DNA of 64,000 nt from Camelus dromedarius (taxonomy: Eukaryota): NCBI RefSeq assembly GCF_036321535.1, contig NC_087438.1, positions 5,892,001 through 5,956,000 on the forward strand, read 5' to 3'. Shown one piece after another: positions 11,577 through 23,600 of this stretch. Position 1 is the first letter of the stretch, and every line of letters starts with the position of its first letter. A model generated the notes under the pieces. It made no database searches. It had not been told where the DNA came from and worked only from the letters and a program-made list of their open reading frames with translations. A program made the position numbers and the translations under genes.

Positions 11577-14500
11577 GTCATGCCTTTGAAACATCTTCAA
11601 ACAGTTTCACAGTCTGGAAGTTGAGTTGGGAGGTTTTTCCATCTCAGTGAACCAGTCAGTCCTCAGAGTAGAGTGTCATGTCTCATTTCAGAAGCCGGTA
11701 ATGCAGGAGGGCTCCCAAAGTTAGGACTTTGGTGCAAGCAATCAGGTATTTAATAAGAGGCATTTGTATGGCAACGAAAGAAATGAAACGGTGTATGATT
11801 GGAGCGGACTTTAATGCCAGTGTTTGAGTTCTGAAGGCAGCCAGCCAAGAAAATTTCTAGATGTCCAACTTGAAGCATCTTCAGGTAGAGTAAGGGCAGG
11901 CAGTGACAATCTGATATATTTTCCTGGTTTGCACTTTGAATGTCTCTGGTGATCTTTCTGAGTGGCTACACAGCAACAGGCGTGAAGATTATCCATGCAT
12001 GAGCTGTGGTGGAGATTATCTTAAAGTTTATATCAAGCTTGCCTGGCTTTGGAAAAAGGGCTGTTTTAGTTCTTAATAATTCCAAGTCAGAAGGGAGAAT
12101 AATTGGAAATGTTGGTTTGGAGAGTTATAGCCAAATATTTGAGGACACTAGAAGAATTCTGGATCTGATCTAATTTTCAGGTAGAAAATAAAACATTGAA
12201 AGAGAATGGATATTTCTAGAATCTAATATTCACAAGTGTGTATTACTGAAACATAATGTTTCTCTCTCAAATTGCCCTCATTTTTACCAAAGGTAGCCAA
12301 AGTAAGACTAATTTGTTTGCAAAGTAAGTCCAGTTTCACTAAACTTGGCCTGATTGTTTACATAAGTGTAACAAAAATAGTGATTGATTACATAGGCTTT
12401 TAAAATTCTGCTTTGCTGAAATTTTTCAAAAGGAATCTCAGATTGAACTTTGAAAAACCTCTCGAGGCCAGGAAAGCCAAGCCAAAGACTTACCATCAAA
12501 TTTTGCTTGCAATAGCTGTAGATCTGGGTTAATTCCTCTCTTCTTGAGGTCCCGAGAAGATCTTGAGGTTTCTGGGCCTGCCAGGAAGTGACCCTCCTTA
12601 CTCACCTGGCAAGGCTGCTAAGAACCCAATAAGCAAGGTAGCAGGCTGTTCTTCCAAGGAGCTGTATTGGCTTCATAAAGTCAGCCTTAGTTCCTTAAAG
12701 CTGTTGGGCTACTATATCTGAGTCTATGCAGATCTGTCTCAAATATGACAGTCCAGTCAAAGTCTTGGTTAAATAACCAGATTCCAATTGTATCCCATTA
12801 CATGGAAAACAGATTCTTACTGAACTTATTCAGATAACTATTTTGCCATAAAAATAAGAATATTCATAAGTATTTCTGAACTCTGGAGGGATCAGTAGGG
12901 GGAAAAAGATTAATGTTTCATCTTTGTTTACAGGGGTCTACTTTGTCAAATTGCTGCAAGTCAAAGATAGCTTGAGAGAGAATTTTTTTTTAAATCTGGA
13001 AAAGCAAAACATAAAATAACCAGAAATGTTTAAAACAAAAAGGTCATAAAAATTATAATCATCTTTATCAATTCATTCAGTCCCATGCAATTAATTCTTG
13101 ATCTTGATCTTTTGTTAGCAGTTTTATGAAACCAATAGTTTCTTCATTAGAGTTTATAAATTTCTACCCAGTTCAATGATGAGATCTGAAAGTTTATCAG
13201 AAATCTGTATTTTAGAATAAATGTCAGAGTCTTCTCCATGGATCTCTCTAAAGATGAAACATATTTGTAAAAACACCAGAGTAAACAATTAACTATCTGT
13301 AAAAAGACTTTAAAACTGGCCATGGTTGATAAGAGTTTATTACAATGCAATTGACAGGAAATTGGATTATTCTGTGATATACAACATTTTAGGATAATAA
13401 CTAGATTACAATTGATAACATTATACCGAGACATATTAGCAAGACATATAAGACTTCTAGGAATTTCATATTTCTGTAACACTTACAGTAAGAAGACACA
13501 TCCACACAAATGTAATCTAAGAAGGTTTTAGTGTCTCAGTGCTTCCCGTGAAATTTAACATATCAAATAGGCTTGATTAGTATAATACCCCTCTTTTTAA
13601 AAGGAGAGAGAACAAATATTTTGAGATGGTTCAGGGGAATCTTTGAAAATTTCCAAAGTTTGAAAATTCCAAAGTTAGAGATCAAAAGGACTTAATTTAG
13701 AATTTGATTTTCTGAAGTTTGCCCCAAAAATATCAAACAGGTTTGGACACTTGACTAAATAGGATCACAAATCATTATGAAATAATATGTAATTATATAT
13801 TTGATTAAAGCAATAATAAAAAATGTCAAAGGCAAGTACAAAAGATTACATAGTTGTAAGCAAAACGTAGCTCTTTTAGTATTAAGAACACTCAGTTTTC
13901 TTCAGTAATCAAAGATCTACTAAAGACAAAATTATTTTGATAAAACACAAAATCTTTGCTTTCTAGGCAGATTTCTTAAAGGAAAGAAAGGGGGAAAAAA
14001 ACCAGCCTTGTATAATTTCTTATCAGGAGCAGGCCAATAGTTCAATAAAATTTTGTCCTTGCAACAGATGAAAAAAAATTAAGTTCCAGTTTTACATAAG
14101 TATACCATTAGATACTAAAGCTTAATTTCATAACCCTTATGATAAATTCGTTCAATTTTGGCCAACGTGACCACACAAGTCAAGTTTCTCTCTCCTCGCT
14201 CTCTCTCTTTCTCTTTATCTCTAGCAAAACACATCTCCATATCTCAGACCTGCTCTTAATCAAAAATATATCCTAATTGCCTTGCATAGAGTTATTTCTA
14301 CAATTAGTAGCCTTAATTACATATATTAACTAAAATCTTTAATATGTAGAAAACTTAATTTCTAGTGAAAATGAAGAAGTAAGCAATTGTGAACTTTTAC
14401 ATTAGCATTCTGTGGATTGGCAGATTTATAAATAATTTCATAATATCTAGAAAAATGTACTTTCTTACTGAAATTTCTCAGTGTGACACCAAACATGTTT

Positions 14501-15699
14501 ATTATAAGTCCCAAGTATCTTTTCTTTCTCTGTAATAGGAAGCCGAAAGTGGATAAACCTATGTTCAGTAATTGATGTTTCAGTATTTTATCTTACCTTA
14601 GAATGATCTGGATATTCAATGACTATCCATCATTTAATTTAACTTAGCAACACTTTAAGATTTCAAACTACCAAGATTTTGAGAAATTATTTTAAAAGTT
14701 CACCTAGAAAATTTTATCTCACTTACATCCACTTAATTTACTTATTTGCAACAATTATGTTTAGATTTCTTATGAAAATTTTATCATGCCATGTTATTTT
14801 TCTTGCTGACAAATTTTGTAACAGACATAGCATAAGCTTATTTGACTTTGAGTAAACTTAAGTAGAATAAAAGTACTATTCTTAACATTGATAACTCAAA
14901 AGATATGTCTGTATTAATAAAATTAACAAACTTAAACTAGTTTTTATTTACTGAAATTATTCTAGATCACATGAACTTGAACAACATTTGTGTCAATTTC
15001 TTTTATATTTCCTTAGAATTTAATTTAAATATAAGTTCTTATTTATTTAAGGAAATTACAAGTTAATTTTGGCAATACTGTCTATAGGTAGAAAAATACA
15101 ATATTTATAATGTACATACATAGACATTCATTAAACATAGAGATAGGCACAAACAAAAATCTTATAACTTTCATTTAAAAATATTTTGGTCATGTATTAG
15201 GCATAAAAATATAAAACTCACTTGTTATAGATAACAGCTGGAGTAAGTTAAGTTTATCTGCTCAAATGGCTTAAACTTTTTCTACTAATATTTGTGGACA
15301 AGTCACTTGTCCTTGAATTAGATTTAGGGCAAGGATGCTTCTATAGAAATTTGTACTTTTGAAAGGCCTTTTTTCCCCGTCAGTCTTAGGAGTTGATGAT
15401 GTTCTAGATAAAAGTTTCCAGAGAGGTTACAAACCTTTTGCTAGAGCTGTATTTCTACTTTTGCAAAGTTTTATACAATAAGGGCAGTTGCTTTTACTTC
15501 TTCAGAGAATTGGATTGTAACTTAAATGACATTATATGTTGATCCACCCATCTAACTATATTATTCTCAATTTGCTTCTTTCCACCTGGATACATGGATT
15601 TATTTTAACTTAGGGGAGAAGCCCTAAGAAAATTCCTGTCATTCCCTACAGCCTCCCATCTTATTTTCTGCCCTTTTTATTTACCTGTTAATCTCAGGA

Positions 15700-16500
15700 G
15701 GAAATCCATTTATAAAAAAACTTCTAAAAACTCTCTCTGGTTTTAAGAAATTCTTTAACTATGGCCCTTGATTTGGCCTTTAACCAGAAGAGAAGGAACT
15801 CTGAATGGGTCACCTGTAGTCTCAGATGGTCTTATTTTAAAAGATAGCTGTTTTAATAATCTCTTCAGAGTGAAAGGCAACTCAGACAGAAAATTAGCAA
15901 AATGTGAGTGCTCAGGAAAAGAAAGATGGAGGGGAGCAAGTGCCATGCCAGTCTCAAGTGTCCTTGGATTTGAGTACCTCCTGTGTCTTTAACTCCTCAC
16001 TAGCCTTTACAACAGATCTTTCATTAAAGCTATTTTTGAATTTTGAAACCTTTTGGAGGCTCCTACATACCATTTAAAATAAGTAGCTCGTTCTATTGAA
16101 TATAACAAAAAAGAAGTTGACTGATAGATATAGAAAACACACCAGTGGTTACTGTGGGGAGAGGGCAGGGAAGGGGCAGGATAGGGGTAGGGGATTCAGA
16201 TGTGCAAACCATTATGGGTAAAATAAGCTACAAGGATATATTGTACAACACAGAGAGTATAGCCAATGTTTTATAATAACTACAAATGGAGTAAACCTTT
16301 GCAATTGTGAATCACCATATACTGCACCTTTAACTTATATAATATTGTACATCAACTATACTTCAATAAAATAAAATAGGTATCTCATCTCTTTTGCTTG
16401 ATTTGGATGCCCTTGCTTCTAAATTCACTTTTTAACTAATCTTGGCAGTTGGAAAATCCCTCAAAGCGGCCATTGTAATTCTAGGCTGTAATTCCTCTGA
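15700..16500 (-). pseudogene. gag: Decayed class I ERV gag relic
   Basis: Minus-strand translations: LELQWPL*GIFQLPRLV (~16432-16483; matrix-like WPxxGTF motif) and FWLKAKSRAIVKEFLKTRESF*KF (~15721-15789; resembles the capsid-start motif W.KAELRAIVKEFP). Contains stops and is split by an L1 insertion. Confidence 0.6.
16090..16371 (+). mobile_element. 5'-truncated artiodactyl-type L1 3' end inserted in the ERV gag relic
   Basis: 'aaataagctacaaggatatattgtacaacacag...tgtacatcaactatacttcaataaaa'. TSD taaaataagtagctc (16075-16089) versus taaaataggtatctc (16372-16386), 13/15 identical, at a TT/AAAA endonuclease site. Confidence 0.85.
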
Positions 16501-17667
16501 CTGCTATAGCAGCAGTTTAGTTTAACCCACCTTCCCGTCCAGCCACGCCAAGCTGCAAGTGACGTGCAGCCCACATCCTTATCTGGTCATATTTTGGGAT
16601 CCCCAGCCTGATGGTTACTAAGCCAAGTTCTCAGGACAAAAACTTCTGGATAAATTCTAGATTGTCTTGGTAAGATTTTGGTTTTTTTTTTCTTTTTTTT
16701 CTTTTTGGTAGATAATCATACCTCCCAGAAATAGTTCTTAGATAAAATTAGCAGGTGTGCCAGAAGGTGGCCTGCTTAACTCCTTGGATTTTAAGAAGGG
16801 GTATATTGTATTGGAGGTGGTGTTTCATTTTTGTTCTTTCATTTTGTCATGGGAGTCCCTAAGGTTAACTTCTATACTTCTTTGTGTCCAGTGTTTAATT
16901 TGGTCTTTCCATAGGCACCAATAAGACAATTGTTTAGAATTCCAATTCAAAAGATCCATTGTCTGGCTGTGGATGAGTAGAATCTATTAATCTCAATAGC
17001 AACTCAAATCAATAAACCTTTTTATGGCTTAAACAAGGACGCAAGAAAGGCCCCGGAAGAGAGTGCAAGTAACACGGCCCTCACAAGATCCAGAAATTTC
17101 ACTTCCAGAATTGCCCTAAGAAAGACTTATTACTGGCCCTGGTTTTGAACAGCTATTTCATAACTCAGAGAATCTAGTGTTTCCCTCCCTTTTTGAACAG
17201 AATGGAGTGCCTTACCAAGCCAAAAGTTCACTTCTTTTTTTTTTTTTAAAGATTTCTTAAGCTTGGTTTACACACAGACCATTTGGCTGTCTGCCAGGTA
17301 CAGATGCCTCCTCTGGCTGGTGGGGACCAGAGAGAATATTTTCTCTTGTCATAAGGCAGACAAATGGTCATCGCTGGGAGAAAAAAAGATCAACAAACTC
17401 CACGAGCACTCCTGTACCGAACAGCCAGGAGTCTATAAGCCCAAGGAAGTGATTTCACAAATATTTCCTACTAATTTAAATCTAAATTTAGAAAAGGTTA
17501 AAAAAAAATAGGGGGAGGTGTCTCTCACCATTTTGCTTCCACTGAACTCTGCAGGTGGAAACCTGGGAGTCTGATGTGAGAATTCTCACTTTGGCTGCTC
17601 TTGTCAGAGGTTCCAGGATGTTTCTGCTACAGCAGCTTTGTGGGGAGCAGTGCCCAGGCAGTGGAGT

Positions 17668-17685
17668 CATCTGCCTGGCTCACCA
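17668..17685 (-). promoter_or_regulatory. Retroviral primer-binding site, tRNA-Arg-like
   Basis: Minus strand TGGTGAGCCAGGCAGATG, 4 nt inside the 5' LTR. 14/18 match to TGGCGAGCCAGCCAGGAG, the complement of the tRNA-Arg(ACG) 3' end as I recall it. Confidence 0.75.
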
Positions 17686-17689
17686 AAAC

Positions 17690-18176
17690 CGCGGAGGGAA
17701 AAACATTTCCCTCTACCCTTCAGAGTTTCCTTCAGTTGGTCTAATCATCAAATCGACATGAGACAGATTAATAGGAGAGAAGCCTAATTTAACTTTATAC
17801 GTACAGGAACCCCACATATGTGAGAGGTGCAGGGACACAAAGATAAAGTGGGGTGGACATGCCTTCCTGAGATAAGGAAGGGATAGAGGCCTGGGGTTTC
17901 CAAGGACAGGAAGGCCATTCACAGGGCCATGAGGAGAAGAGCAGGTGTTGGGTAATCAGATGTTTGTTCTGCCATACAGATGGGACACTCTGATCAAATG
18001 TATCCCTGGTAATACCATTATTCTGGGAAAGATCCCCAATTTAAATCCTTCTAGATAGTTAAGGGGAGAGGGGCCAAATCTTCTCTTGAAACCGCAGGCT
18101 CTCTATTGCCCTTAATTCAAAATAATCCACATGCCACGATGACACATTCTGGGGAGACTCTTTCTGAATCCCTCCA
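17690..18176 (-). repeat. 5' LTR of the provirus
   Basis: Homologous to 11098-11576, adjacent to the PBS and followed by TSD AGAA. Its inner terminal dinucleotide is mutated (CG instead of TG on the + strand). Confidence 0.85.
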
Positions 18177-18180
18177 AGAA

Positions 18181-18390
18181 CAAGCATGTAATGGTCATAT
18201 GTGCTTTGCTATATAAAAGGGTGAGATTTTTAAAATTTCTTTGAAATCTCTTCGCAGAGTGCCTGTGGTGTACGTCACATTCTTGCTGAATGCCAATTCA
18301 ATAATAAAACTGTGTTCTTTCTCCATTACTTTTATGAAGAGGTCTTCTGGGTCAGGAAAAGATTTTGTTTTTGACTACCTTTCCCCAACA
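18181..18390 (+). mobile_element. MER34-like solo LTR, 3' part
   Basis: Resumes with TATA-like 'ctatataaaagggtgagattt', AATAAA near 18303, ends 'ttccccaaca' followed by TCAA, matching the left TSD. Confidence 0.8.
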
Positions 18391-20552
18391 TCAACAATAA
18401 TACTCTCCCATCACTCTCCTCCCAACCCCCCACATACAGTGCACAATTCCTGCAGCAAGCTTGGGGAAGGAGGTGGGCAGGAGTCCAAGTCCTAGGTCTC
18501 TAAATACTGCAGGGATAACGTGCATTATCCTTTATGCTCACATGACAGGGAAGGAGAGAGTGACAGGAGGTAAAAATGAGCATCCCACACTGAGAATATG
18601 CACACGTGACCGTGATTGAGCATGGAGATTTACCGGACATTAGTGGTGAGATTTGTTCCTTCTCTGGGACACCCAAAGGGAGCGTGGCTACCCAGTATCA
18701 CAAAATATGAGTTAAATATGTTTGATTTTATATACCTCTTTTTCTTAAATTTGTTGACCTTTTTCTTCCATATAAATATAACACTCCCATCTTTTCTTAA
18801 TAACAACAACAACAATAATAAAAGTAAAAGAGAAAACAGAGAAGCCCAAGTGCATTTTTTCCCAACAGTTATTTTGCCAAATGTGTCCCCTTTTGACATC
18901 TATTTCTTGTGGAATCCCAATGAGAGTATCCTGTGTACACCTAAGGAGAAGGGCTTTTCATGGTCTTTAAGTGGAAATGACAATATTCCCTGCTGATAAT
19001 CTCGGTGTGTTGGGATGTGTGTAGCCAGGGTCTTTGTCTCACCAAGAATGAAACAGAGAAAAATCTTACCAGTCATTATTTTAGGAAGTGTTGGAAAAGC
19101 AAACACAGTCATTAAGCACAGTTTGTGACTATTTTTCTTTATTCTGTACATAATAGATGTGTTTTCTTTCTCTTTCTTTTCACAGAAGCCAATAGCCTTG
19201 ATTGTTCCTCTTTTGGATTCAATTTCAAATAACCTGGGTCTGCATTTAAACTTTTAAAGCCAGGCTTAATTATTAAAGCAGATGCTGACTGCTCTATGAG
19301 ACTGTCAAATGGAAACTACTTAAGTTGAAACCGCTCACCCCATGGTGAGCTCAGTTCCTCCAGAGATGAAAATTTCTGGAGCAATGTCTGGCACTAGTCA
19401 CTAATGGGCACTGTTAAAATACTGAATGAAAATTGTGTATTTTTCTTAGGTTTAAGTTTCGCATATCATCAACTCACAGGAGGACTGTTCTGAAATGTGT
19501 GGTCAGGTAGTGACATTTACAATGAAACACTTTATCCAGAGAGTCCAATTATCTGTCATTTGGCTTTTAAAATACCATGATCATGTAGTGTGCATACTCC
19601 TCAAAGAAAAGGGCTGTTGGAATTCTTCTACCTTCACAAAGCCATCTGGTCCTGATTTTCCCATAGAATTTCAGTAGAAAAAGAAGTCTGACTATTGCAT
19701 GAAAACTGAGCAATGCTGCTTACACAGAATTTTGAGAGATGTTATCAAAGGGCTTCTGTCCCTTAAAAACAACAGAAAATTGATTACGTACCTGTTCCAG
19801 CTCAAACATAACTTCTCAGCAATGTTTCATGCGAATCTGTCCTTAAATCCTGACTTAGTGTTGTAATTTCACTTTGCAAGAAATTTATCAGAGATTATAT
19901 CTGGTAAAATGATGTGGTTTAATTTAAACCTTGTAATTACAAGTTCGAAAGAAGTTTTGTTGACAGGGTCTTGACTGTGTTCTGTTCTAATGAAGAGACA
20001 AGGGGATAAAATTCTGATACATCTGCTTCTATTTCCTCCAAGGGCCAGAGCTGGCATGGTGGAAACCCCGGGACATTCGAAGAACAACGTGTCCCTGTGG
20101 ATTCATTTGTCCCTTCCACAGTAACTGGGAACTTGAGTCCCATATCTTTACCAGTCCAGGGGCTGGGGATACAGAATCGGCATGTGGATCTTTGCCCTTG
20201 ATATTCTAGTGAAGGACAGAGAAGCAGTGTGCTGTGGGATCCCAGCAGAAGAGCGCATGGAGGGGCCACGCAGGGCCAGGGAGGGAAAACAGGTAATGAG
20301 AGGATACAGGGCACCTAGGCAAAGGGGAGCGGAGGTGGAGAGGCAGGGAGCTAGGCATTCTGCGAGAGGAACTGGCGCATACGTGACATTTCAAACCTCT
20401 GTCTCCAGACGATGAAGGTTTCTTGTGAATATGTTTATTAACTTCACTAATATACCTTCTTTACATTGATAATGAATAGAGATAATAATAGTTTTAAAAT
20501 TTTATCATTTTAATGTACTATGTGTATAATATATATATATTATATACATATA

Positions 20553-20770
20553 CATATGTGATCCTTGGGTTACATGGGTCTGAAAGCACAGGTCCACTCA
20601 CACATGCATTTTTTCCAATATACACGCACTACAGTACTGCACAGTCCTTGGTTGGCTGAATCTGCAATGCGGATCCACGGGTACTGAGGGCTGACTCTAA
20701 ACTTATGTGCAGATTTTCAACTGTGCTGGGATCGGCGCCCCTAAGCCCTGTGTTGTGCAGGGGTCAACTG
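20553..20770. mobile_element. Tigger2-derived MITE (TcMar-Tigger; MER8/Tigger2a-like)
   Basis: Right TIR 'ggggtcaactg' with subterminal 'tcggcgcccctaagccctgtgttg'. Degenerate left TIR 'tgatccttg...ggtccactcac' lies in a TA-rich target. Confidence 0.7.
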
Positions 20771-22184
20771 CACTTTTAATCCTCACAGCCAATATTAGTG
20801 CAGTCAATTTACGTATGTGTTCTCGTGATGTACACAGAAATATTACAAACACGGAACGGACACATTTCTTTTTGTATGAACCAGATGTAAGAAATGTTAT
20901 TTATATATTTAAGAGAGTAGACAAAACTTTTTTTTTTTTTGCCTTTTTGAAAAAAAACACATTTCTGAAGACCTACATAATTGGGCAAGATGAGTCATTT
21001 CATCTGGGGCCTTTTGACTCTTCCCAGCTCCATTTTATCACAACCACCACTCTTTACTGAGCAGCGCGTCAAGCCAGACTTCAGTACAATGACACAGAGT
21101 AGGTCTCTGCATCTCACTTGTGCATCTCTGGCAGCACCAGGCCCTACTCTAGGCAATAGTTGGTGTCTGAACCCACATAGGGTGGGACTGTGCAGTGACA
21201 GCCAACCTTGGCTGCCCGTTTGAACCAGCTGAGGGTCTTTTAATGTAGCATCTAAAGCAAGAGAGAAAAAGCAAAACAGTGTTTTACTTTTTAAGAATGA
21301 TATTCTGAGAGCAGAAATTTTGCAGTGTTCAGAAACTAATTAGCAAATTTAGCCTCAAGTTCACTATTTATCATTTCTGAGCTGTAGAATCTACTCTATT
21401 TCAGAAAACTGACAGATAGAGTGCTTGACTTATGATTTGCTTATACCAAGACTGAAAAGAAACTTTTAAGACTGGAAATTAATAGCTCACATACTAACCT
21501 ATGGGATATTGGATCAATGGAATTCAAAGTAAATTCACACTTGAGCTGCAGAATCACATTGTACTAAACAAGATTTCAACATCTTGTTTAAAAATTTTTG
21601 TCTCCTGTCATTAGACTACATTTTAATAAGATGGCCTGAAGTGATTTGGAAGCATAGAGATTTGTGAATAATTAAAACAAAAAAAAAAAGCAAAATCTTG
21701 TTCTTTTCAAAGCTTATTATAACTACTTGTTCCTAATTGTTTAAAATGAGATTGCCTTGGTCATGCCAACTCGAGTAAATTCGTTCATTCATTACTTCAT
21801 TTCAAGAATAAAAGAAAAAAATCTGGAGGAGAATGCAACTACAGTTGAGCAGATTGCTTATTATGCTTTTAAGAAATGAAAAACAAGGTGTAATAAATAA
21901 CTAACCATTAATAAATTCATGTTGTCTTTATTAAAATGAGATTTTCCCCCAAATGTTAGTTATATTTAATATTCTTACCCCTCAAGGTAAACAGTAATAG
22001 TTTGGTACATATTCTTTCACACTTTCCCCTTTGCTCCTACAGATACATGCAAATACACATGGGCTTTTTATATGGGCTTTTGTTTCCTCTTTTACAAAAA
22101 CAGAATCTGAATGAACATACTAATACTTTTATTCTTAGTATCATTACATGCTATTGGTCTGTAATTTGCTTTCTTTGAAATCAC

Positions 22185-22905
22185 CTTTACCAAGGTATAA
22201 TTTATGTGCAGTCCCATTTTAAGTGTATATTTCAATGAGACTTGATATAAACTTATGCAATGATTCCTATAGTCAAAATATAGAATATTTTTATTATCCC
22301 AAAAAGTTCCTTTGTGCCCAAATCTCTCCCATTCCACAGCCTAACCCAGGCAAGCACTGATATGCTTTCTGTTACCATAGATTAGATTTGTCTTTTCTAG
22401 AGTTCCTTGTAAATGGAATTCTAAAATGCGTATCCTTTTGTGTCTGAATTCTTTTGCTCAGCCTAATGTTTTTGAGATTCACCACGTTGCTGTGAATATC
22501 AGCAGTTCACTTCTTTTTATTGCTACGCATTATCACTTCATACGACTGTAACCACAGTCATTCATACACTCGCCTGGTGATAGACATCGAGGTTGGTTCC
22601 GGTTTTAAACTACTGTGAGTGCAGTGTAGCTGTTGTGAATATTCTGGTACAAGTCTTTGTGTGGCTGCACACATAGTTTTTTACTGGGTGAGTACCTAGG
22701 GGTGGATTGCCGGGTTCTATGATAGGTGTGTAAGAAACCACCAAAGTGTTTTCCAAAGTATTTGTACCGTTTTGCATTATAACCAGCAAGGAATGAGAGT
22801 TGTAGTTGCTCCATACCCTCACCAACACTTGGTATCAATATTGGGTTTTTGTTTTCGTTTTTGTTTTCAGTTTTTAGCCATCTTAATGAATCTGTAGTGG
22901 TAGCT
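22185..22905 (-). mobile_element. Old L1 (L1ME/L1MB-type) 3' region
   Basis: 'cccattttaagtgtata', 'ccatagattagatttgtcttttctagag', 'gttgctccataccctcaccaacacttggta'. Confidence 0.8.
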
Positions 22906-23149
22906 CTGAAATAAAATTTTATTTGAGTGACTATTTGAAATCAAAGGGAAGAAGAATGACTCTGATCGAGATGTTGGAAATGAATGTAGAATACTAATTT
23001 ATTAATTCTGTGAAAGGCTCTCCCTTTCTCTTGGAAATAACGATGCAGGAGGACCCAGTCGTTACAATCCTTTATGACCTCAAAACAATTTCCTCACCAG
23101 ACGTTGGATGACCAGTTCAGATTCAAGCACTAAAACAGTATGTTTTATT

Positions 23150-23600
23150 TCTTCAACTGGGGCTATAACAACTAGGATACAGTCAACTGCACACAACATC
23201 AGTGGCTTAACCCTAAGGACGCGTTGACTACCTAACCTGAAGCTGAAGGCATGTGGTCCTGTAGTTTTGCACAGTGGCAGGACTGTGATTGGTGGTCAGC
23301 ATCCCCATGACTTTTTGGCTCCTCCCCCTCAGGATTCCAAAATGGCTGTCACAAGTCTAGCATCATTTCTCACGTGACCACCTCATGGTGGGAGGCAGCA
23401 TGGTTGGGCAGTGAGAAATTCTCCTAGTGACTAGACTCTTGGTCCTTTCCAGAAGCCCCCAGCTGACTTCCCCACAGTCCACATTAGAAGAGTTGGGCCT
23501 GGGGGCCACTCCAACAATGGGGGTGGGATGTGGGGCTCCCTGGCCTCAGTGGTTGGAGGCAGGCCAGGCAAGAGGAACTAGGAGGACCTGGTGGCAGCCA
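23150..23600 (-). mobile_element. Diverged MaLR LTR (MLT1J/K-like)
   Basis: 'cagtggcttaac', 'ccaaaatggctgtcacaagtctagcatca', 'ccagaagcccccagctgacttccc'. Confidence 0.5.

Larger units (their letters stand above)
11098..18176 (-). mobile_element. Two-LTR ERV1 provirus, non-autonomous/decayed (MER4-group-like internal region)
   Basis: Direct-repeat LTRs at 11098-11576 and ~17690-18176. 4-bp TSD AGAA at 11094-11097 and 18177-18180. PBS next to the right-hand LTR. Gag-like relic. AT-rich internal region with no long ORF. Confidence 0.9.

Noticed and set aside
15755..15946. 63-aa minus-strand ORF as a gene
   Set aside because: Lies within the decayed gag relic and is a frameshifted remnant.
11098..18176. 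Intact or replication-competent retrovirus, or domesticated env/gag
   Set aside because: No long ORF; gag motifs contain stops and an L1 insertion; the LTRs are heavily diverged.
19797..19900. Minus-strand coding exon ending in CAG|GTACGT
   Set aside because: All three frames contain stop codons.
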